Sequence record: PQ567651.1
DNA length: 64,000 nucleotides
Direction: 5' to 3' (one strand)
DNA from: Escherichia phage cardinal
Positions 36,988-47,375 of this stretch are shown one piece after another (position 1 is the first letter of the stretch; every line of letters begins with the position of its first letter). The position numbers were made by a program, and so were the translations under genes. The notes beneath the pieces were generated by a model. It was not told the DNA's origin, searched no databases, and saw only the letters and a program-made list of their open reading frames with translations.

Positions 36988-36995
36988 GGGGAAAT

Positions 36996-37472
36996 ATGTC
37001 TAAACGTTTTGGTCGTAATCAAAAAAGAAAGTTAAGTGCTCAACTAGCAGCTTTGCAAAAAGAGGTTAACACTTTACAAAAAAGTGTTTGTGAACTTAAG
37101 GAACAAAACCAACTTGAAAAAGAGTGTATCCAGCTTACACAGGAAGTTATTGGTGAGTATTTTCCTTCACTAGTTCCTAAGAAGGTGGCTCTTAGGGAAA
37201 ATCTACCTTTTACCTTGTCCTTAATGCAAGCAAATGATAGATTCCAAACTGAAACTGATGATTTGATGTTTGCAATGCATCAATTACATGGTTTAGAATA
37301 TACAGCACAAGTGGATAAACTTCGTAACATGTTATATGTGCGGGTAGAAACACCTAAAGGTGAGACAGTAGCTTTTAATTATAATTTCCAACAGCTACCT
37401 GATCATATTATTGAACAAATTTTAAAACGAGATTTTGTTCCTATGCTTGTTAAACAAATTAAGAGAGGTTGA
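36996..37472 (+). CDS. hypothetical protein (coiled-coil N-terminus)
   Basis: 158-aa ORF. Confidence 0.5.
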   Translation: MSKRFGRNQKRKLSAQLAALQKEVNTLQKSVCELKEQNQLEKECIQLTQEVIGEYFPSLVPKKVALRENLPFTLSLMQANDRFQTETDDLMFAMHQLHGLEYTAQVDKLRNMLYVRVETPKGETVAFNYNFQQLPDHIIEQILKRDFVPMLVKQIKRG

Positions 37473-37473
37473 A

Positions 37474-40248
37474 ATGGCTAAGAAAGAGTTGAGCTTCACT
37501 CCGACAGAAGAGCAAACAGCTATTAAGGAGGCTTTTCCAGATCATCGCTTTTTAACTATCCAAGCTAAATCTGGATCAGGTAAAACGTCAACACTTTATT
37601 TGCTGGCTAACAGTACAGAAGATCGCATTCTTTACTTAGCTTTCAATAAAAGCATGGCAGAAGAAGCACGACGTAAGATGCCACCAAATGTAGAATGCCG
37701 TACATTGCATTCTATTTGCTATCAATTCCTGGATCATCGTTTACGTGCAAAACTGTCACGACCAGAAGGACAGTATGTTAACGTTGCAGGTACAGGTAGC
37801 GAGATAGCAAAGAAATTTAAGATTAATAATCTTATTGATAAACGAGGGAAAACACTTTTAACTCGTGCTATGATTGGTTTAATGATCAAGCAAACCGTAG
37901 GTAAGTTTGAATTTTCGGATGATCCTTTTATCAGCCGTAAACATTTTCCTAGTGTACATCTTGCAGATATTAAAAGAAAAGGTATTAACGAACACAAACT
38001 AATTACAGAAGTAGTTAAGTATGCAAAACAATTGTGGCGAGAGCGCATCGATCCTAACACAGATACTTTGATGACGCATGACACCTATGTAAAATTGTTT
38101 GAATTGTCTGGTGCTGATCTTGGTTATGACATTATTTTTGGGGATGAATTCCAGGATGTTAACCCTGCATTCTTGTCTATTCTGCGAAATGCTAAATCTG
38201 CAAAACAAATTGTGGTAGTTGGCGATGAATTCCAATGTGTGTCGGAAAACACGGTACTTAACACCGAGAATGGTCAGGTTACAATGAAAGACCTGCAAAT
38301 CGGTGATAAGGTAGAGTCTTATTCTAATGGTAAAGTTACATTTAGAAAAGTAACAAATAAGACTTTATCTACACGTACAAAAGGTAGGAATATTATTACT
38401 GCTACAGGTAAAACTTTAGATATGACACATAACCATCGTATTTGGGCTTCATCCTATGTTCTGAAAGATGACCAGATGGTGGTATACCTAATGTGGAGGA
38501 AAGATTTAGGTTTCCGAGTAGGGATCACTAACAAATTCGATGATAAAGAAGGTTTTTCTAAACTGGGGCAACGTACACGTTCTGAAAAAGCACAGAAATT
38601 ATGGGTGTTGGACATTGTTGAAAATCGCGAAGCTGCTATGGAAAAAGAAATGGCATACAGTTTACAATATGGCATTCCTACTTGTGTATTTGAAGCAAGT
38701 TCACGCGGCATTAATCAAGAAAGGATCAATAACATCTTTGAACAATTCGGACAAAATGGTTTTAAACTTTTAGAGGATAAAGATTATCATTTTGCTTATC
38801 CACACTGGCACAGCATCAATTGTGCAGTAGATGAAAGAAAAATGCTAACAGTGACTTTGCGAGCACAAAGTTGTAAAGGAACACAAGTTAGTTTTGAGTG
38901 GACAGAAAGTGAAATGCCGATCTATTCTTCACTGATTAAAGCAGGTGTAAGCGTAAGTGCTGCTAAATTGGAAGGTCGTTACCGTGTACGTAAATATTTC
39001 AATTCTTATCGTGAAGCATTGAGTTTTGCACAAAAGATCCTTGAAATAGTTCCGTTTGCATCTTTAAAAGAATGCATGTCCTCTGTGAACAGTGCCAAAT
39101 ATAACTTAATTCCGGCAGCGGGTTTGTTTAAAGGCATGTCTGTGTTGGTAAAAGATGGTGATACTGTAACGGCAGAAGAGATTGTGGATATTGTAGATAG
39201 TGAGGGTATCTATTATGATATTGAAGTAGAGGATACTGCTAACTTCTTTGGCAATGAAATTCTTAGCCACAACTGCATTTATCAATTTAGAGGTAGCTCT
39301 AATATGATGATTGAAACAGCTAAGTATGGGGCAGAACTTCCATTAACTGCTTGCTTCCGTTTTGGCCCCAAAGTGGCAAACATTGCCAATATGATTTTAA
39401 GCGATAAAGAACCTTTGCGTCATCCTTTGGTTGGTAAAGGCTTTGATACTGTAGTAGGTAGCTACAAATCAGATGTTGTAGACTATACAAAACCTTACAC
39501 TATCATCTTTCGCAAGAATTTAACCTTGCTTATGGAGGCAATGGATCGTATTGCAGATGGGGAAGAAATTATTATTAACGTAGATACCAGGGATTTTATC
39601 TCTATGGTAGATAGTGTTAATGCTCTTCGGAGAGGAGATATTGAGAAAGTAAAACATGAAACTGTATTACCTTACGCAGACTGGGATGAATTTGTTGAGT
39701 GTGCAGAGGCTGATCCAGATGCTAAACGCTTGTTAAACATCGTAGTTTCTGGTAAGGCGAACACCATAGCACATACACTTAGAACGCACAGAAATTCTCC
39801 TACAGCAAAAGTCACACTTACTACAGCACACAAGTCTAAAGGTTTGGAGTGGGATCAGGTTATTGTTGCTAATGATTTTCCTTCCAACTATGATAAAAAG
39901 ACTGGTGAATGGGTAGGACTAGAAGAGGCAGAGCGAAACCTACTGTATGTAGCGCATACCCGTTGTGTTAAATGCTTACAATGGAACACAACCGTACAGG
40001 AGATTATAGATATCAATCGTGTTGCAACAGAGAAAGTACCAACAAGCACCACTTTACCGATCAATGGTATTAAACTTGGTGTATTTGGCGCTGGCACATC
40101 TCGAAAAACTGTAGAAAAATTTGTTGCAGATTCTTTTGATGGTAACTATAATCATGCACAAGCATATGAGAGTTGGTTAGAGGAAGGTGAAGGTGATTTT
40201 TTAGGTGAAATAAATCTTTTACCAGACATAAATAAACTGGTAAACTAA
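37474..40248 (+). CDS. SF1 (UvrD/PcrA-like) DNA helicase containing an intein
   Basis: Walker A AKSGSGKTSTL, motif II FGDEFQD, motif III VVVGDEFQ|CIYQFRG split by 346-aa insert; AAGAGAGG RBS. Confidence 0.8.
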   Translation: MAKKELSFTPTEEQTAIKEAFPDHRFLTIQAKSGSGKTSTLYLLANSTEDRILYLAFNKSMAEEARRKMPPNVECRTLHSICYQFLDHRLRAKLSRPEGQYVNVAGTGSEIAKKFKINNLIDKRGKTLLTRAMIGLMIKQTVGKFEFSDDPFISRKHFPSVHLADIKRKGINEHKLITEVVKYAKQLWRERIDPNTDTLMTHDTYVKLFELSGADLGYDIIFGDEFQDVNPAFLSILRNAKSAKQIVVVGDEFQCVSENTVLNTENGQVTMKDLQIGDKVESYSNGKVTFRKVTNKTLSTRTKGRNIITATGKTLDMTHNHRIWASSYVLKDDQMVVYLMWRKDLGFRVGITNKFDDKEGFSKLGQRTRSEKAQKLWVLDIVENREAAMEKEMAYSLQYGIPTCVFEASSRGINQERINNIFEQFGQNGFKLLEDKDYHFAYPHWHSINCAVDERKMLTVTLRAQSCKGTQVSFEWTESEMPIYSSLIKAGVSVSAAKLEGRYRVRKYFNSYREALSFAQKILEIVPFASLKECMSSVNSAKYNLIPAAGLFKGMSVLVKDGDTVTAEEIVDIVDSEGIYYDIEVEDTANFFGNEILSHNCIYQFRGSSNMMIETAKYGAELPLTACFRFGPKVANIANMILSDKEPLRHPLVGKGFDTVVGSYKSDVVDYTKPYTIIFRKNLTLLMEAMDRIADGEEIIINVDTRDFISMVDSVNALRRGDIEKVKHETVLPYADWDEFVECAEADPDAKRLLNIVVSGKANTIAHTLRTHRNSPTAKVTLTTAHKSKGLEWDQVIVANDFPSNYDKKTGEWVGLEEAERNLLYVAHTRCVKCLQWNTTVQEIIDINRVATEKVPTSTTLPINGIKLGVFGAGTSRKTVEKFVADSFDGNYNHAQAYESWLEEGEGDFLGEINLLPDINKLVN
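38236..39273 (+). mobile_element. intein (346 aa) in helicase motif III
   Basis: N-terminal CVSENTVLNT (block A), TLDMTHNHRIW (block B), C-terminal YYDIEVEDTANFFGNEILSHN then +1 Cys. Confidence 0.75.
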
Positions 40249-40258
40249 GGGGGTTAAA

Positions 40259-40510
40259 GTGGCAGGGTATCATTTGAAGGAGATTAGCAAAGAGGAATAT
40301 GGTTCTATTGCTAAGATTCAAGAAGAGCTTTATGAACTTCAAGATGCTATTGATCAAGATTGCAAGCTGATGCAACTTATTGAGTTATCAGATATTGTAG
40401 GCGCTGTTGAAGGTGTTCTTGAACAACATTTTCCTGATATGACGCTTCAAGATTTGATCACTATGTCAAACATTACTAAACGTGCATTCCGCAATGGAGG
40501 TCGATCATGA
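40259..40510 (+). CDS. hypothetical protein
   Basis: 83-aa ORF, GTG start with AAGGGGG RBS. Confidence 0.45.
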   Translation: MAGYHLKEISKEEYGSIAKIQEELYELQDAIDQDCKLMQLIELSDIVGAVEGVLEQHFPDMTLQDLITMSNITKRAFRNGGRS

Positions 40511-41079
40511 ATGTTGCAGTAATAGCTCAAGCTGTTGATTACTATGGTCGGTTTGCACAAATGTTGGAAGTTCCATATCTCGTGGATGCTGATATACTGG
40601 CGTACACACTACCAGAAAATAAAGAGGATCGCCCATTAGGGCATCCTAACGGTAAATACTATGTAGCTAGTGCAGAACAATCTTTCCTGCAAATGGAGAA
40701 GGATGGTTTTGAATTTGCAGCAGGAAATCCTTACATGGCACTAACACCATGTTACCGTACAGAAGAAAATTTAGATGATACTCATTTTAATATTTTCTTG
40801 AAATTGGAGTTGATTGAGTTCTACCCTGATGCTACAATTGAAGAGTATGCTAACTCTATGCGCTGTTTCTTCTCTACTTATTATGGAGTTAAAACATATT
40901 TAGTACCCACTAATATTGGGGTTGACGTAGAGGATGAATATGGTTTAGAATTAGGTTCATTCGGTATAAGGGAGTCTCCAAAAGGTCATCCTTATATCTA
41001 TGCAACAGGTATTGCGGAGCCTAGGGCTTCACTGGCAATAAACCGTGTTGTAAATAAGATTCAAAGCATTAGCAAATAA
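40507..41079 (+). CDS. hypothetical protein
   Basis: 190-aa ORF. Confidence 0.5.
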   Translation: MNVAVIAQAVDYYGRFAQMLEVPYLVDADILAYTLPENKEDRPLGHPNGKYYVASAEQSFLQMEKDGFEFAAGNPYMALTPCYRTEENLDDTHFNIFLKLELIEFYPDATIEEYANSMRCFFSTYYGVKTYLVPTNIGVDVEDEYGLELGSFGIRESPKGHPYIYATGIAEPRASLAINRVVNKIQSISK

Positions 41080-41091
41080 GAGGAGAATAGA

Positions 41092-41526
41092 ATGTCTATT
41101 GTGACACAAATGAAAGCAGATCGTATCTTAGCACGTACAACCGATAAGGGTGCTTTTGCTTTGTTAACTAATATTATTGGTGAGTTTGACCTTGCTCGTA
41201 CTCAAAAGGCAAATCTGAATAAATCAGAAGATGATATTATGATTAACATTGTTAAGATTGGTATTGCACACGCTAAAGAGGAACTAGACTCGCTTAAGAA
41301 AGTTAATGCCTCCATTAGCAAATGTGAGCGAGCTATGCGTGATATCACCACTCTGGAGAAATATTTACCAGAAATGCTATCTGAAGATGATCTTCGAGCT
41401 ATTGCCGAAGAATTTGCCTTGACAGGCAAGAAAATGCCAGATATGATGAAACACCTTAAAGCAGAGTATCCGAATCAATATGATGGAAAACTTGCTTCTA
41501 CCATTGCAAAAGAAATTTTAAACTAA
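41092..41526 (+). CDS. GatB/YqeY-domain protein
   Basis: LSEDDLRAIAEEFALTGKKMPDMMKHLKAEY resembles YqeY C-terminal pattern. Confidence 0.5.
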   Translation: MSIVTQMKADRILARTTDKGAFALLTNIIGEFDLARTQKANLNKSEDDIMINIVKIGIAHAKEELDSLKKVNASISKCERAMRDITTLEKYLPEMLSEDDLRAIAEEFALTGKKMPDMMKHLKAEYPNQYDGKLASTIAKEILN

Positions 41527-41543
41527 TTTAGAAGGAGAACATA

Positions 41544-42494
41544 ATGATTGCATTTTACGCTAATAAACTGGAAGTTAAAAAAGCAGCAGAAGAGATGGGT
41601 ATCCTGCATATTCTTAATGAAGCAATTCACAAAAGTTTTGGTTACACATCTGAAGCAGAAATCAATGATCTGATTCATAGTGTTAATGACTTGTTCTTCT
41701 ATCCTAACTTCCTACAGCAATTAGATGGTTGTGGATTTGAATATATGGAACTTCACCCTGAATACACATTTATGGAAGTAACACCTGAAGGTTTTCTGGA
41801 GATTATTCGTACTGAATATCTTGCCAACGAGGATAAAGAAATGGATATGGTTGCAAAAGTACAACTGACTGTGCATAATACGTGTTTCCTGGATACTAGT
41901 GCAACGGAAGAAGATATTAGTTATCTGCTTTCCGTTTGTAATCCGCATTGTCCACAACCACATTGGAAAGATGCAGACCATTATCTAACATATTCAACTG
42001 AAGAAAACATTACTTTCTTCGATGAAAACAGTGGTATTAATGGTGCACATAAGAATTCTCCATATAGGAAAGATCGGTTTGTAGTTGATGTAAAAACATT
42101 TACTAAACTGTTTGAGGAGTATTATTCAAAAAATGAAAGTAAGACTGAATCTTCACCAAAACCACGTTTTCGTCGTCCACGTAAACCTGTGCCTACTCGT
42201 TCTGTAAGTTATGTTCGTATCATTTACACTACGCAGCAGGTATATACTCTTAAGAACGTAAGCACTCTTACTGTACAAGAAGATGTAATTAATATTGTGC
42301 GTAATAATGTTATTACAGAGGGTATTGAGGAAAAGATTATGTCTGTTATCGATCCTAAACTTGTTATGGCAATCATTATTAATGAACCAAAAGGTGTAAC
42401 AACATTGTTCCGAAATATTCATGGCACTTGGGAAACTCAAGTTGACGGTTTGACTTCTGACGGTTGTACACGTATTACCAAAAACCTTGACTAA
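41544..42494 (+). CDS. hypothetical protein
   Basis: 316-aa ORF, AGAAGGAGA RBS. Confidence 0.5.
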   Translation: MIAFYANKLEVKKAAEEMGILHILNEAIHKSFGYTSEAEINDLIHSVNDLFFYPNFLQQLDGCGFEYMELHPEYTFMEVTPEGFLEIIRTEYLANEDKEMDMVAKVQLTVHNTCFLDTSATEEDISYLLSVCNPHCPQPHWKDADHYLTYSTEENITFFDENSGINGAHKNSPYRKDRFVVDVKTFTKLFEEYYSKNESKTESSPKPRFRRPRKPVPTRSVSYVRIIYTTQQVYTLKNVSTLTVQEDVINIVRNNVITEGIEEKIMSVIDPKLVMAIIINEPKGVTTLFRNIHGTWETQVDGLTSDGCTRITKNLD

Positions 42495-42541
42495 GATCAA
42501 GGACAATCTTACGAAAAAGATTTAAAATAAAGATCCACCCT

Positions 42542-42572
42542 AAAGCCAGCATTAAGCTGGCTTTTATTTTCC
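42542..42572 (+). terminator. rho-independent terminator
   Basis: aaagccagc-atta-agctggcttt then tatttt. Confidence 0.6.
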
Positions 42573-42583
42573 ACGGAGGATTA

Positions 42584-43441
42584 ATGACCCAAAAACTATA
42601 TGAGGATGTAATCGGATTCCTCGAACAAACATCCGAAGAATTTACTCGTGAAAATGCAAACAAACCTGCAATGATTGTTAATACTCACCGAGATTTACTA
42701 GCAGGTATCCTAAGCAAGCACATGGCAATGACCCATATTTTACCTGAAGATTTAGCAGAATGGCATAAAAGTGGGTATGGTCACATCCACGATTTAGATT
42801 ATTTACTCTCACCTTTAACTAATTGTTGCCTGGTAAATTACCAAGATATGCTTGAGAACGGTTTCCGTATTGGTAATGCACATATTGAAAAACCAAAATC
42901 TATCGGTGTAGCGACTACTGTCCTAACTCAAATTATTCAAGCAGTAGCTTCTAGCCAATATGGTGGACAAACTTGTGCACATGTTGATACTGGGCTTAGT
43001 CAATACGTTAAAGCAAGTTTTAATAAAATATATGCCGATGTTGGCGATTATGATATTGCTATGCGTATGGTAGATAAACAGGTCTATGATGCAATGCAAA
43101 CTTTAATCTACCAGGTGAACACTCTAATGAGTGTAAATGGTCAGTCACCTTTTATAACAATTAGTTTAGGTTTGGATACCTCTGCTTTTGGTAGAATGAT
43201 CACTAAAAACTACCTAATGGTGCACAAACAAGGATTGGGAAAAGATAGGGTAACTCCTGTGTTTCCTAAAGTTATCTTCTTCTTGGAAGATGGTGTTAAC
43301 ATGAAAGCTGGCGATCCAAACTATGATTTGAAGCAACTGGCAATGGAGTGTTGTGCTGAACGCATTTATCCTGATTTTATCTCTGTACCTTTAAACAAAG
43401 AAGTTACAGGATCTTCAGATGGTCGCGTCACAAGCATGGGT
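42584..43441 (+). CDS. nrdD: anaerobic ribonucleoside-triphosphate reductase NrdD, exon 1 (3' boundary approximate)
   Basis: N-terminal NrdD-like sequence ...GYGHIHDLDY...; frame hits stop inside intron. Confidence 0.75.
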
Positions 43442-43688
43442 AAACTATAACTGCTCATGTAAAATCTGCCTAAACGGGGGAACTCTCAACGAGACAATCC
43501 CGTGCTAAACGTAACAGAACTCCCAACACAGAAGAAGGGGGGTACTATTACGAAATGCCTAACGACTAGCTGTGATGAATGTAGCAGCGTAGGGTGTAAG
43601 CCTATGACACCCCAAATGGTAGACATGCTTTAAGCATGAAGATATAGTCTGATCTGCATGGTGACATGCAGCAGCACGTAATGGTGCG
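43442..43688 (+). ncRNA. group I self-splicing intron (ORF-less) in nrdD; boundaries approximate
   Basis: aaatctgcctaaacggggg...gagacaatcccgtgctaaa...aatgcctaacgacta...aagatatagtctga.ctgcatggtgacatgcag resembles the T4 nrdD (sunY) intron core as recalled from memory. Confidence 0.7.
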
Positions 43689-44663
43689 GGAGTGGCCTTG
43701 CGAGCCACTTTGAACATAATGTGTAGAAGTTTCTTGTCATACTATGCAACAGAGCAAGGTGAAAAATATGATGGTCGTTTCAACTTAGGCGTAGTTTCTT
43801 TAAACTTACCTATCATTGCAGCAGAGTCCCGTGAAAAGGGCATCTTATTTACTGAACTGTTGGAACAACATATGGAGATGGCGTATAAGGCACATATGCT
43901 ACGTGTTAACCGTATTAGACATACCAAAGCATCTCAAAACCCTACATTGTTTATGGAAGGGGCTTTAGCTCGACTAGAAGCTAATGAAGAGATTGGTAAA
44001 CTATTTGAAGGTGGTTATGCCTCTATTAGTATCGGTTATGTAGGTTTAGCAGAAGCTATGGAGATTTTATACCCAAATAACACCAATCCAAAAGCAATGG
44101 GTAAAAACATCCTTCAATATATGAAGGATATCTGTTGCACATTTAAAGAACGTTCTGGTTTAGCTTTTAGTTTGTATGGAACACCAGCAGAATCCTTGTG
44201 CTATAAATTTGCCAAAGCGTTAAATGATCGCTATCCTGGCTCTATTGATCGTGACTATTTGACAAACTCTTTCCATCAACCTGTATGGATGCACACTACC
44301 CCGTTCCAAAAGTGGGATTATGAGGAAGGTTTTGCACAAATTAGTAATGGTGGGAACATAGGTTATGTAGAAACACCAAACCTTAAAAATAACTTGCAAG
44401 CACTGGAAACTCTTGTAGATTATGCCTACAATAAAATTCCTTATTTTGGCGTGAACCAACCTGTAGATCAGTGTTTCAAATGTGGTTTTCATGGTGAATT
44501 TAAGGCAACAGCTAAAGGCTTCGAGTGTCCAAGTTGTGGAAATCATGAAGAAGAATCCATATCTGTGATCAGAAGAGTGTCAGGATACCTTTCTGCTCCT
44601 AACTCTCGCCCTTATAATAAAGGTAAGATGCAAGAGGTACTAGAAAGGGAGAAACACTTTTGA
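43689..44663 (+). CDS. nrdD: anaerobic ribonucleoside-triphosphate reductase NrdD, exon 2 (5' boundary approximate)
   Basis: NIMCRSF near exon start; C-terminal glycyl-radical motif RVSGYL and Zn site CFKCGFHG...CPSCG. Confidence 0.8.
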   Translation, partial: GVALRATLNIMCRSFLSYYATEQGEKYDGRFNLGVVSLNLPIIAAESREKGILFTELLEQHMEMAYKAHMLRVNRIRHTKASQNPTLFMEGALARLEANEEIGKLFEGGYASISIGYVGLAEAMEILYPNNTNPKAMGKNILQYMKDICCTFKERSGLAFSLYGTPAESLCYKFAKALNDRYPGSIDRDYLTNSFHQPVWMHTTPFQKWDYEEGFAQISNGGNIGYVETPNLKNNLQALETLVDYAYNKIPYFGVNQPVDQCFKCGFHGEFKATAKGFECPSCGNHEEESISVIRRVSGYLSAPNSRPYNKGKMQEVLEREKHF

Positions 44664-45130
44664 ATTACGCCGGATATGAACCTGTTGACATGCTCAACGG
44701 TGACGGTGTAAGATGCTCTTTGTGGGTGAGCGGTTGTAGCCACGGTTGCCGTGGCTGCTTTAACCAGAAAGCCTGGTCGTATAACTACGGACAAGAGTTC
44801 ACTGCTGAAACATTAGATCTTATCTTGGAAGATTTATCTCGACCTTTCATTAAAGGATTAACAGTTTTAGGTGGTGAACCTCTTGACAAAGAGAACATTG
44901 ACACTGTAGAGTATGTTCTTGAGAAGGTAAGAGATTGTTTTGGAAACAAAAAAGATATTGTCTTATATACAGGATATCTTTTTGAAGAAATTCCAGAGAA
45001 AATTAAAAAACTGGTTGACATAGTGATAGATGGTAAGTATGATATGAATCAACCAACAACGAAACGTTATAGAGGTTCAGATAATCAACGAATGTGGGTT
45101 AAGAAAGACAACATTTGGGAATCTGACTAA
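44660..45130 (+). CDS. nrdG: anaerobic RNR activating protein (radical SAM) NrdG
   Basis: CSHGCRGC radical-SAM cluster motif; directly downstream of nrdD; TTG start overlapping nrdD stop. Confidence 0.7.
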   Translation: MNYAGYEPVDMLNGDGVRCSLWVSGCSHGCRGCFNQKAWSYNYGQEFTAETLDLILEDLSRPFIKGLTVLGGEPLDKENIDTVEYVLEKVRDCFGNKKDIVLYTGYLFEEIPEKIKKLVDIVIDGKYDMNQPTTKRYRGSDNQRMWVKKDNIWESD

Positions 45131-45150
45131 ATTAAATAGAGGAGAAAACT

Positions 45151-46311
45151 ATGTTTACAGTATTCGGCAATCAAATCTTTCTGCGTCAGAAATCTGGTAC
45201 AGATATTGAAGAAATTCCAGCAGGAACTTTTGGTGTAGGTGTTACTCAAAGTGGTGAGTTCTTCCTGTATCCTAAAAACGATATGGAAGTCCCTTCAGTA
45301 ACATACGGTGATACTGATGATAAATCAGAACGTATTATCAAAACGTTCCTTAGCCGCAAAGGTAAAAACACAGGTGTTCTCCTTGAAGGTACGAAAGGTA
45401 GCGGTAAAACTTTGCAAGCTAAAATGCTGTCTTCTGCTCTTCGTGAAATGGGTATTCCTACTATTTCTATCGGTAGTGCTTTTAATGGTGAAGGCTTTAT
45501 CAATTTTATGTCTAAAATCACACAACCTGTGATGATTATGATCGATGAATTTGATAAACTGTATGCTGAAAAAGATGCACAAGATGGTTTGCTTACCCTG
45601 CTGGATGGTGTTGGTGGCTACGACAAACTGTTTGTATTGACTAAAAATGATGGTTATGTATCAGAATTTTTGCGTAATCGTCCTAGCCGTATTTTCTACA
45701 GTTTTAGCTATAAGAAACTACCTAAAGCTACTATGGATGATTATCTGGCTAAAAATCTGGAGAACAAAGCCTTCTTACCAGACTTTGAAACGCTTTATAA
45801 TCTCTCCGTGGATTTGAACTTTGATATTGTTCAGTCATTAGTAGAAGAACTTAACCGTTACCCTAATGACAAATTTTCTGATGCACTTGCACTAATGGGT
45901 ATCAGTATTACTGAACACCGCTATGCTGCAAAAGAGGTTAAACTTCTGAAAGTTAACGGTGTAGATCGTACAGGAGATGTTTCGGCAGATACCGATATTG
46001 ACGGTATGACAGCACAAGGTTTGTTTAGTGGTAATCGTTATGTTGTAGCTGTAGACCATAAACTAGGTGAAGAGCATCTTCCTGAAATGGAAGGGATCGT
46101 TACCGTAGAAGATAAAGATGAAGAAGGTGACTACTACTGGGGTGTAGACCGTATCTTGCTAACGTATGATGAAAAACACATCCGTACAATGGGTGGTGAC
46201 GGTTATCACTTTATGTTCACCGATGATAAAGGTAACAACATTGAAGTTGTTATTAAAAACAAAGAACGTAAAAACTACACAGAGTATGTGTTTGGTGGTC
46301 GTTCTTACTAA
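45151..46311 (+). CDS. P-loop ATPase (paralog of 29011-30139)
   Basis: Walker A EGTKGSGKT, Walker B VMIMIDEFDK; collinear similarity to the minus-strand paralog. Confidence 0.6.
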   Translation: MFTVFGNQIFLRQKSGTDIEEIPAGTFGVGVTQSGEFFLYPKNDMEVPSVTYGDTDDKSERIIKTFLSRKGKNTGVLLEGTKGSGKTLQAKMLSSALREMGIPTISIGSAFNGEGFINFMSKITQPVMIMIDEFDKLYAEKDAQDGLLTLLDGVGGYDKLFVLTKNDGYVSEFLRNRPSRIFYSFSYKKLPKATMDDYLAKNLENKAFLPDFETLYNLSVDLNFDIVQSLVEELNRYPNDKFSDALALMGISITEHRYAAKEVKLLKVNGVDRTGDVSADTDIDGMTAQGLFSGNRYVVAVDHKLGEEHLPEMEGIVTVEDKDEEGDYYWGVDRILLTYDEKHIRTMGGDGYHFMFTDDKGNNIEVVIKNKERKNYTEYVFGGRSY

Positions 46312-46316
46312 GTGAT

Positions 46317-46345
46317 AAAAGGAGGCGAAAGCCTCCTTTATTTAT
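46317..46345 (+). terminator. rho-independent terminator
   Basis: aaaggaggc-gaaa-gcctccttt then atttat. Confidence 0.5.
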
Positions 46346-46357
46346 ATGGAGGGTATT

Positions 46358-46549
46358 ATGGATCATTATTTTGTTTTTAAAGATAAAGTTGATACAGCAG
46401 GTGGTCACGTTGCTAAAAATGATCGTGACATTAAAGAAGTATTAGGAGATCTGATTAACATTTTAGAACAAAAAGAGTTGCTTTTAGATAAGGATATTGC
46501 TAGACTTCTTGGTGTGGGGATAAGTGATATACAAAGATTACCATTCTAA
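46358..46549 (+). CDS. hypothetical protein
   Basis: ORF with TGGAGGG RBS. Confidence 0.45.
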   Translation: MDHYFVFKDKVDTAGGHVAKNDRDIKEVLGDLINILEQKELLLDKDIARLLGVGISDIQRLPF

Positions 46550-46560
46550 AGGGGAAGAAA

Positions 46561-46716
46561 ATGCTTACAGATGATGAATATAAAGCTATCCAAGAAAAAC
46601 TAACGGAGCTTGAAATTCTTGCTGTCAATATTAAAGATCAATCACATGCTGGAAAGTTACTACATCAAGAGATCAATAAAATTAAGCAGATGATATTCTT
46701 TTGGACGGAGGATTAA
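46561..46716 (+). CDS. hypothetical small protein, 51 aa
   Basis: AGGGGAAGAAA RBS; not in track. Confidence 0.4.
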   Translation: MLTDDEYKAIQEKLTELEILAVNIKDQSHAGKLLHQEINKIKQMIFFWTED

Positions 46717-46718
46717 AA

Positions 46719-47375
46719 ATGACTGTTAAGCATATTTCTTTTGATGTATGGAACACTCTTATTACTGCTAATCCTTTGTATGCAGAAGAGCGCAACAAGG
46801 TAATTGCCGAGTATGCCTCTTGTTCTGAGGCAGAAGCAGCAACTGTATATAAAGAAGTAAAAACTCTCCTGGATTTAAGAGCAGAAAAAGGCATTTGTGG
46901 AACATCTAGAAATGCTTGGGAAACACTTTCTGCTCATTTGAACATTGATCTTGATAAAGTAGATGGGTTAAAAAGAGACTGTTTAGCAATGTTTATAAAA
47001 CATCCTCCAATATTAAACCCTGAACTTTGCAAGAAGTTGGAAGAGCTAAGTTCAACCTATTCTTTGAGTATTAAAAGCAATACCAATTTTGTACCTGGTA
47101 GTTTCTTAGCTGTATATTCTGGCTTGACAAAATTACCATTTGACTTTATGCATTTTTCTGATGAGTTTTGCTTGTGTAAACCAGATCCCAGGTTTTTTAA
47201 ACTCTCTTTTGATGAAATGGTAACGTTTGATCTCGCACCAGAGGAGATCTTACACGTTGGAGATAGTTTGATCTATGATGGAAAAGCTGTTGACATAGGG
47301 ATGAAGTTCTGTCATATTATTAATCCAGAAGACTTGTTGGCTAAACTTAAAAAAGAGGAACTTATTAATGCGTAA
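46719..47375 (+). CDS. HAD-superfamily hydrolase-like protein (variant motif I)
   Basis: ISFDVWNTLI (motif I-like, second Asp replaced) and HVGDSLIYDGKA (motif IV GDxxxD). Confidence 0.5.
   Translation: MTVKHISFDVWNTLITANPLYAEERNKVIAEYASCSEAEAATVYKEVKTLLDLRAEKGICGTSRNAWETLSAHLNIDLDKVDGLKRDCLAMFIKHPPILNPELCKKLEELSSTYSLSIKSNTNFVPGSFLAVYSGLTKLPFDFMHFSDEFCLCKPDPRFFKLSFDEMVTFDLAPEEILHVGDSLIYDGKAVDIGMKFCHIINPEDLLAKLKKEELINA

Noticed and set aside
37734-38711. Minus-strand ORFs antisense to the helicase/intein gene
   Set aside because: Entirely inside a strongly supported plus-strand CDS, without RBS; typical antisense artefacts.
42584-44663. nrdD as a frameshifted pseudogene
   Set aside because: The two halves are separated by about 245 nt with stops in frame and recognisable group I intron core elements, not by a 1-nt frame slip.
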